The notes below the pieces were generated by a model. The model did not search any database. It was not told the origin of the DNA and saw only the letters and a list, made by a program, of their open reading frames with translations. The position numbers and the translations under genes were made by a program. From a virus, in UHGV virus genome UHGV-0071970: a DNA stretch of 40,192 nucleotides; one strand, written 5' to 3'. The stretch's first letter is position 1. Each line of letters opens with the position of its first letter. Shown in pieces: positions 34,177 through 40,192 of the stretch.

Positions 34177-36558
34177 TTATGACAGAAGGCTTGCCACCAT
34201 TATTACCTTTATCATTGCCATCAACTGGCTTAGCGGCGAGATAATGGCATTAACATCCCCCTGAAGCAGGGAGAGCTTGCCCTGAAGAAGCGAAGCCCGC
34301 TGTGCATCCTCCAGTTTCCGGCGCGCCCTTTCAGCTTCATCAGGCAGCACGCCAAGCTTTTCCAGTACCCAGGCAAGTCCATCCATCAGCGCCTTCAGCG
34401 GCGTAAGCGCAAGCGATATCGCCCCACTAAGTACACGACCGAAGCTTTCTCCCGCAGACGTACACCGTTCAAGAGATTCGTTGCTGGCCTGAACAGGCGT
34501 GAGTAACCGGGTAAACCAGTCAAACACCGTGGACACCGCACCCGACACCAGATCAAACAACGGCGCAAACTGAGCAATACTTTCACGAACAGGCGCAAGG
34601 CCAGCCCACAGCGACCGGAATGTGCCGAGCATGAACGCCTTAACCTGTTCCCAGTGACGCCATATGAGCAGCGCCCCACCGGCAAGAGCAGCAATCACGA
34701 GACCAACAGGACTGAGAAGACCGGAAAGCACCCCGCCCAGCACAGAAACCGCACCGGAGACCATCCCCCACAGTGCCGGAAGGCCGGACAGGCGAAGAGC
34801 AAGACCACCAACACCGTTTGTAAGCGAGGATAGCCCGCCACCAAGAAGCGCAGAGCCAAGCTGAAGTTTTGCAAAAATCCCCGTCAGTAACCCACCTCCG
34901 ACAGACAACGCACCAATGGCCGTTGTGGCCGCAAGCACGCCACCCACGGTAAGGGTCAGCGTGCGTACAAGCTGCGGGTTTTCCTGAACCCACGACCTGA
35001 AGCGTTCACCCACAGAAGCAACAGCCTGTACAAGCTCGCGGATATCATCAGTAACCAGCGACACAACATCACTGCGAATACCGGAGAAAATGCCGGACAG
35101 ACGATCGGTGTCGCCGCCGAGGTTGTCACGCAGAACATCCCCCATTCGCCGGGCGGTTCCCTGAACCAGCCCCATACGGTCAGATACCGTTGCAAGCGAC
35201 CGGAGAAAATCCGGGATCTGGTCAACAGCCAGATCTTCAATGGGTGTGCCGAACAGCGCTATCGCCGCATTGGCCCGTTCTGCAGGATCCTGAATCTGTA
35301 ACAGACCTGACGCGGTGCGACGCATCGCTTCACGCGCGACCGCGCCGCCACTGGCGATCGCTGACGACATTCTTTCAGCGTTAAGGCCAATCAGCTCATA
35401 GGCTTCAACGCTGGATTTGGACATATCCGAGCCGCGAATACTGAATTCTTTGACAGCATCGCCGGTTTTATCCAGGGCGAATTTCCCCTGCTGCGCCATA
35501 CTGACAAGCAGCGTCATGGTTTCAGAGCCGGATAGCCCCATATTGCGGAAATGCGTGGAATACTCATGCAGAATTTCAGGAAGTTCGCCGCGCATTTCGG
35601 AAGACATTTTCTGCATCCCTGCCGCCATCAGGTCCACGGCCTCACCTGCATTTGCGGCAAGCCCGTTTTTCAGCATAATGCCGGCAGCCTGAACCTGTTC
35701 AGCCACATTACCGCCGGTGACCTGAGCAAGATCGATTGCCTGCCGTGCCACCCTTTCCAGTTCTTCAGTACCTACGGTACCCAGTGCGCCAAGCGTGCTT
35801 TGCGCCGCAGCTGCTGCTTCCGAAATCATCGCGATATCCGTGGCCGCACCTGACGCACGGATGCTCTGAATCATACGGCTGTAGCGCTGGCCGTCTTCTG
35901 CGCTGCCGCCACTCTGTGCCGCAATGAGCGCCCCCTGCCGTTGCTCTTCAACAACAGGTGCAACCGCGCGACCGGCAGCATACAGACCGGCACTGCCAGC
36001 CGCCATGGCAACAGCACCGCGCTGACTGAGCTTACCGGCAATATCCTGAACACGGTCATAGCGTTGCTGCGCCTGCGTGACGCGTGCAAGCTGGCCCCGC
36101 TGGCGTTCGAGCTGATCGTTGTATTCCTGCGTCCGCCTGATTGCCCTCTCGACCGTACGGTTACTTCCGTCCGCCCGTATACCGTGAGATTCCAGTTCGC
36201 GACTGGCTTCGCTAAGTCGGGATTTGTGGAGGGAATAAACCGTATTAAGGCGATCAATCTTCACAGTCAGCGAGCGGATAGCTTCCTGCTGTTTTTCCGT
36301 TAGTGTTGTGCCTGTACGCTGGGCCTCCTGGAGGCGCTGAAGTCGCGCACGCGCCTCGTTCAGACTGTTTTCAGTCGAGGTCACCTGCTGGCGGGCACGG
36401 GAAAACGCATCACTGCTTCGCTGGAGTGACTTAAGAGCGTTCTGCGTGGAGGAAAGAGATTCAGAAAGCGCGCCGGTCATTTCCCGGGCGCGCCTGACGG
36501 GTTGAGTGAGACGGTCGACCGCAGTAAGGGCTACACGTATCTGGAGATTATTACTCAT
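34177..36558 (-). CDS. T: Tail tape measure protein T (as annotated, 793 aa; may be interrupted near its 3' end)
   Basis: Long alpha-helical Ala/Gln/Arg-rich protein after E/E'; ATG at 36558 overlaps the E' stop (ATGAGTAA). Confidence 0.8.
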   Translation of the reverse strand: MSNNLQIRVALTAVDRLTQPVRRAREMTGALSESLSSTQNALKSLQRSSDAFSRARQQVTSTENSLNEARARLQRLQEAQRTGTTLTEKQQEAIRSLTVKIDRLNTVYSLHKSRLSEASRELESHGIRADGSNRTVERAIRRTQEYNDQLERQRGQLARVTQAQQRYDRVQDIAGKLSQRGAVAMAAGSAGLYAAGRAVAPVVEEQRQGALIAAQSGGSAEDGQRYSRMIQSIRASGAATDIAMISEAAAAAQSTLGALGTVGTEELERVARQAIDLAQVTGGNVAEQVQAAGIMLKNGLAANAGEAVDLMAAGMQKMSSEMRGELPEILHEYSTHFRNMGLSGSETMTLLVSMAQQGKFALDKTGDAVKEFSIRGSDMSKSSVEAYELIGLNAERMSSAIASGGAVAREAMRRTASGLLQIQDPAERANAAIALFGTPIEDLAVDQIPDFLRSLATVSDRMGLVQGTARRMGDVLRDNLGGDTDRLSGIFSGIRSDVVSLVTDDIRELVQAVASVGERFRSWVQENPQLVRTLTLTVGGVLAATTAIGALSVGGGLLTGIFAKLQLGSALLGGGLSSLTNGVGGLALRLSGLPALWGMVSGAVSVLGGVLSGLLSPVGLVIAALAGGALLIWRHWEQVKAFMLGTFRSLWAGLAPVRESIAQFAPLFDLVSGAVSTVFDWFTRLLTPVQASNESLERCTSAGESFGRVLSGAISLALTPLKALMDGLAWVLEKLGVLPDEAERARRKLEDAQRASLLQGKLSLLQGDVNAIISPLSQLMAMIKVIMVASLLS

Positions 36559-37086
36559 CGTTATGATTCCCGGTTCTGACGGCCGCCCGTTCTCGCCAGG
36601 CAACCAGTTCACCGGGAGTCATCACAAAGATTTCAGAGGGCGACCAGTGAAATACAACGGCTATATCAGCGACAATATCTTCAACGTAATCAAAAGCAAG
36701 AAGCGTTACGCGCCGCCCGCCTCCTGCGCCTTCTTCGCTGACGAGGGAAGCAAAAAACCGACTGCCACCTCGTACAGTTTAAAGAAGTCTTCCGGGCACA
36801 TTGACATAAGTGCCGCGCGGCTGAGGTGAGGTTCAGTTACGCGTTCCAGAAAAATGGCGGCAGCATCAACATCGGTGTTGAACAGGTCCGTCATGCGGAT
36901 CCCTCGAAGCGAGCCCACCTGACGCGCAAGCGCCCCAATCTTCACGCTGGAAACCGTCTTATTACCGCAGACAACAGGAACCCTGAGATTAACCGTGTCA
37001 TTTGCGATCGCCTCTGCGTTTTCCGTGTCTCCATTCGTCACAGCATCTGTGTCATTCGTCACGATATTTTCTTCAGTCTGATCCAT
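36551..37086 (-). CDS. E+E' fusion chaperone produced by programmed -1 frameshift
   Basis: The -1 frame is open from the slip site to a TAA at 36551-36553 (about 68 extra codons) and ends overlapping the T start, as in P2 E/E'. Confidence 0.6.
36706..37086 (-). CDS. E: Tail assembly chaperone E
   Basis: 126 aa; SD GGGAGA; contains the slippery heptamer near its 3' end. Confidence 0.8.
   Translation of the reverse strand: MDQTEENIVTNDTDAVTNGDTENAEAIANDTVNLRVPVVCGNKTVSSVKIGALARQVGSLRGIRMTDLFNTDVDAAAIFLERVTEPHLSRAALMSMCPEDFFKLYEVAVGFLLPSSAKKAQEAGGA
36751..36757 (-). promoter_or_regulatory. Slippery heptamer T-TTT-TTG for the E/E' -1 frameshift
   Basis: Minus-strand GGTTTTTTG with zero-frame codons TTT TTG. 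Confidence 0.65.
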
Positions 37087-37137
37087 TATTTTTCTCCCGG
37101 GGCAACAGGACGCCGCCCCTGTTATCAGATTTAACTA

Positions 37138-37650
37138 TCAGCCAAGCCCCAGCATGGAGCGGGTGCGGTCAGGAAGAACATCCTTACCATCAATGCGCCA
37201 GATGAAGTTCAGCACGTCGATTTCAATAACATCGCTGTTATCAACGCTGAGCTTGTACCAGGTGCATTTCATCGCATAGGTATGTTCGGTATCTTCACCC
37301 TGTTTGGCCTCGCCCTTGTCGATTTCGACAATGCGACCACGGGCTTCAATATCGACGTACTCAATCCCTTCTTCGGAATAGTATTCACCCGAGAAGCGAA
37401 CACGCACGGCATCAATACCGGCGGCGTATTTGGCAAAGATGTGACGATCGACGCCACCAACCGCAAAGGAGAGATCCAGTGCACCATCATCAAGACCGAG
37501 ATCCACCGACGCAGAGCCTGGCATCCCCGCCCCGCGATACGACTCTGTTTTACGGGTCAGTTTTGGCGGGGTAAAAGACGTCACCTTTCCCAGCTTGTTG
37601 TCACCGTCCACAAAGACGGTAAACACACGAAGTTTTTTTGGTACGGCCAT
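37138..37650 (-). CDS. FII: Tail tube protein FII
   Basis: 170 aa, P2 FII-like; start overlaps the FI stop (TAATG). Confidence 0.85.
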   Translation of the reverse strand: MAVPKKLRVFTVFVDGDNKLGKVTSFTPPKLTRKTESYRGAGMPGSASVDLGLDDGALDLSFAVGGVDRHIFAKYAAGIDAVRVRFSGEYYSEEGIEYVDIEARGRIVEIDKGEAKQGEDTEHTYAMKCTWYKLSVDNSDVIEIDVLNFIWRIDGKDVLPDRTRSMLGLG

Positions 37651-38843
37651 TAGCTACCTCCAAGAGATGCAAAAGCAGAGCTGAAGAACTCGTCGGTAAA
37701 CGTCTGATAGAGTTCCATACACTCCATCGGCGGAACAGGCGTGTATTTGTAGCGAATACGCACAATGCCCTGACGAAGACTGGTTGTGCCGTTGTCGATG
37801 ATATCGAACCAGCACTCAGCCCCGATGAGTTTTCCGGCTGTCACCAGTGCATCCAGCTTTGCCTTGATAGCGCTCACGGCATCCTTAGCATTGGCAGGCG
37901 TAAGCGGTGAATCCACTATCTGAAGTTGCGCCTCCGCAATGGTGTCAGCCAGTTGCTGCGCCGTACGTGTGTACACCTCAAAGATGTACTCCGCAGTTTC
38001 CGGCGTACGGTTACCCCAGAAACGGAAGGAGCCGTCGCCCTGGTGAATAAGAGTGGTCACCTCGCTATTGTTCAGCGTGTTGGCATCGCTGTTTTCATCC
38101 TGAAGTGACCAGGAAACAGACGCTGACACCCCAAGAACATTTTTCACAGGCATGTTAGAAAGGGAGCGATGCCAGCCCTGTTCATGGTCGAGTCGGGCAC
38201 GAAGACCGCACGCATACGCCGCAGCCGGGAAGGTTTCGTTTTTACCGGACACCGGGTTGAACGCAATGAAATCAGGCCACAGAAGCATGATTTCGCGACC
38301 GGAAATCTTTTTACGAAACGCAATAGCATCGGACGGTTTTGTGCAGCCAGGGCAGCCGGAATACGCAAATGCGCGCATTTTTCCGGCAACAGTCACCAGT
38401 GCAGCCGTGACAGCATCCGATTCAAGGCCCGGAGCGGCAAGAATGCGGGGTCGGTAACCAATACCTTCCATCTGTTCGGCAACCAGAAGCGCCTGCATAC
38501 CGCTGTAGCTTCCGTCTTCTTCCGTGGTACCAATGACCAGTTGATCCTGTGTTTTATTCTCAGCCCCCTCTTTTGCCGCCTCCACGCGAACGACAATCAC
38601 CCGTGTACTGACCTGGTCAGATATCGCTTTAAGGGCCTTATAAAGCGTGCCCGCTTTCCCGGCCTTCCCCAGAACAGAAGATACACGGGTAATCAGCACT
38701 GGCTTGTTAAGGGGGAACTGCCCGGTATCCGCATCATCTGCAACGGCAACAATACCAATGACGCTGGAATCAACGTCATTAATGGCCGTCACAAGGTCGG
38801 TATTCTCCGTGACGCGCACACCGTGAAATCGTTTTTCAGCCAT
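37650..38843 (-). CDS. FI: Contractile tail sheath protein FI
   Basis: Close match to the P2 FI pattern (FPLNKPVLIT, KLRAF.YSG, LRA..D.EQGWH..LSN, GFRFWGNRT, NYTRTAQ, RI.Y.YTPVPP). ATG at 38843 with SD GGTGA; the track alternative is 38855. Confidence 0.9.
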   Translation of the reverse strand: MAEKRFHGVRVTENTDLVTAINDVDSSVIGIVAVADDADTGQFPLNKPVLITRVSSVLGKAGKAGTLYKALKAISDQVSTRVIVVRVEAAKEGAENKTQDQLVIGTTEEDGSYSGMQALLVAEQMEGIGYRPRILAAPGLESDAVTAALVTVAGKMRAFAYSGCPGCTKPSDAIAFRKKISGREIMLLWPDFIAFNPVSGKNETFPAAAYACGLRARLDHEQGWHRSLSNMPVKNVLGVSASVSWSLQDENSDANTLNNSEVTTLIHQGDGSFRFWGNRTPETAEYIFEVYTRTAQQLADTIAEAQLQIVDSPLTPANAKDAVSAIKAKLDALVTAGKLIGAECWFDIIDNGTTSLRQGIVRIRYKYTPVPPMECMELYQTFTDEFFSSAFASLGGS

Positions 38844-38895
38844 ACGATTCACCATCAGTTGTGTTTATGCTCGCCTGAATAATCCACCATTGGCG

Positions 38896-38922
38896 CACAG
38901 CCCTCACCTGATGCGGGCTGTG
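38896..38922 (+). other. Hairpin CACAGCCC-N11-GGGCTGTG followed by T7, in the FI/D divergent spacer
   Basis: 8-bp perfect stem; T-run starts 4 nt after the stem on the plus strand. Confidence 0.35.
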
Positions 38923-38936
38923 GGGATTTTTTTACA
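38919..38936. promoter_or_regulatory. TGT-N12-ACA dyad in the FI/D divergent spacer
   Basis: TGTGGGGATTTTTTTACA, about 60-80 bp from both the FI and D start codons. Confidence 0.3.
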
Positions 38937-38996
38937 ACAGAGCCGGACAGAAACGACAAGGTACGCGTGGGATGATACGCACACGGGAGGGATATC

Positions 38997-40142
38997 ATGA
39001 GCATCACTGAATCAGTAACACATCACATCAACAGCGCACTGGATGCAGCGGAAGATACCGTTAGGGTGCCAGACTTCACTATCACACTGGAAGGGAAAGA
39101 TGCCAGCCTGAAGAACATCACGCAGCGCATCATGAGCCTGACCATGACAGACAACAGGGGTTTTGAGGCTGACAGGGTGACACTGGAAATCGACGACGCC
39201 GAGGGCGGGGTGGTACTTCCGGAACGCGGAACACGATTATCGCTGGCGATGGGATGGAAAGGTGAAAGCCTCACTCGCAAGGGAACGTTTGTGGTGGACG
39301 AAGTGAGCCACGAAGGTCCGCCGGATAAGCTGACCATATCCGCGAACAGTGCGGATTTTCGCGAAGAGTTTAACGTGAAACGCGAAGTCTCCTGGCATGA
39401 CGTGACCGTTGAGCGTGTGGTATCTGCCATCGCGCACCGTTACGGACTGAAAGCACAAATCAGCGAAATGCTGATGAATATCGAAATCGACCATGCAGAC
39501 CAGACAGAGGAAAGCGACATCTCGTTCCTCACGCGCATGGCTGACATGCTGGGTGCAATAACCACCGTAAAAAACGGATGCCTGCTGTTCATTCTGCCGG
39601 GTGGCGGTGTGACAGCCAGCGGGCGCGCCCTCCCCTCATTCGCCCTGACCCGCTCGGATGGCGACAGTCATCGCTTTCGCATTGCTGACAGAAAAGCCTA
39701 TACCGGAGTGAAAGCTTACTGGCTGGATTTAAAGTTCGGCCAGAAGAAGGCCGTGAACGTGAAAAAGCGAAACGCGAAAACCACACAGAAGCCGGAGAAA
39801 AGCAGTTCACGGGAGGGTGGATACATGGAAGGCGCAGAAGGCAATGTGTATGTGCTGAGAAAAACCTACCCGAACGAAGAAGCCGCGCGTCGCGCAGCTG
39901 CCGCACGCTGGCAGCAACTTCAGCGGGGTGCAGCAGAATTCAGCATCACGCTGGCGCGCGGACGCGCCGACCTGTATCCGGAGATGCACGGCACGGTATC
40001 CGGGTTCAAGAGCGACATTGACAATCAGGACTGGGTTATTTCGCGCATTGAGCACGTCATCGACGACAGCGGCTTCACCACCAGACTGGAGCTGGAAGCA
40101 AAAATCGCAGACTGGATAGCAGAGCGCGCCACGACTGGCTAG
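38997..40142 (+). CDS. D: Tail protein D (late control D family)
   Basis: 381 aa; SD GGGAGGG; motifs TLTDNRG, EADRVTLEIDDA, ASWHD, IDHADQTEESD match the gpD family as I recall it. Confidence 0.85.
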   Translation: MSITESVTHHINSALDAAEDTVRVPDFTITLEGKDASLKNITQRIMSLTMTDNRGFEADRVTLEIDDAEGGVVLPERGTRLSLAMGWKGESLTRKGTFVVDEVSHEGPPDKLTISANSADFREEFNVKREVSWHDVTVERVVSAIAHRYGLKAQISEMLMNIEIDHADQTEESDISFLTRMADMLGAITTVKNGCLLFILPGGGVTASGRALPSFALTRSDGDSHRFRIADRKAYTGVKAYWLDLKFGQKKAVNVKKRNAKTTQKPEKSSSREGGYMEGAEGNVYVLRKTYPNEEAARRAAAARWQQLQRGAAEFSITLARGRADLYPEMHGTVSGFKSDIDNQDWVISRIEHVIDDSGFTTRLELEAKIADWIAERATTG

Positions 40143-40192
40143 AATGAGCGCGAGCCCACCCCGTTTCAGCCTGGGGGACCATCATGCATCCT

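Larger units (their letters stand above)
1..40192. mobile_element. P2-family (P2/186-like) myovirus prophage; extends to or beyond both window edges
   Basis: Near-complete P2-like gene set and order recognised from ORF translations (int, C, cox-like, A, Q-P, O-N-M-L, lysis, R-S-V-W-J-I-H-G, FI-FII-E-T-U, D). No att core identifiable in the 49 bp left of int. Confidence 0.9.

Noticed and set aside
34395-36303. Many internal or antisense ORFs within the tape measure gene
   Set aside because: Typical spurious frames inside a long GC-rich gene.
33217-38996. Gin/Cin-type invertible segment
   Set aside because: No invertase gene in the window and no inverted repeats at the two junctions; the orientation flip looks like a fixed rearrangement.
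40185-40192. Start of an ogr-like late activator gene (ATGCATCC at the window edge)
   Set aside because: Only 8 nt are present; it is expected by synteny but cannot be supported from the sequence.

Overview
The window is essentially one P2-family (P2/186-like) temperate myovirus prophage, probably in an enterobacterial host. Left to right: integrase and C-type repressor (minus strand); a plus-strand early/replication module (Cox-like HTH protein, small unknowns, DnaQ-like exonuclease, Dam methyltransferase, DUF4406-like protein, rolling-circle initiator gpA); an accessory region containing an AT-rich four-gene minus-strand cassette; a cos-like region; portal and terminase (Q, P, minus strand); scaffold, capsid, small terminase, head completion (O, N, M, L); lysis genes (holin, endolysin, LysB/LysC spanins); a NanS-p-like O-acetylesterase cargo gene; tail and baseplate genes R, S, V, W, J, I, H, G (plus strand); sheath, tube, E/E', tape measure and U on the minus strand; and D on the plus strand. 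All calls are from reading the ORF translations and sequence by eye; no database search was run, so family names are recollection-based. The most interesting points are: (1) the accessory cassette (GHKL-kinase-like ATPase + STAS-like partner + two membrane proteins) as a candidate undescribed defence system, with a shared upstream repeat motif; (2) a poly-C(10) tract that sets the frame of a leader ORF translationally coupled to dam; (3) a perfect 829-bp tandem duplication carrying an RNA-like structured element; (4) the FI-FII-E-T-U tail block on the opposite strand to H/G and D; (5) a tape-measure gene split between two frames.
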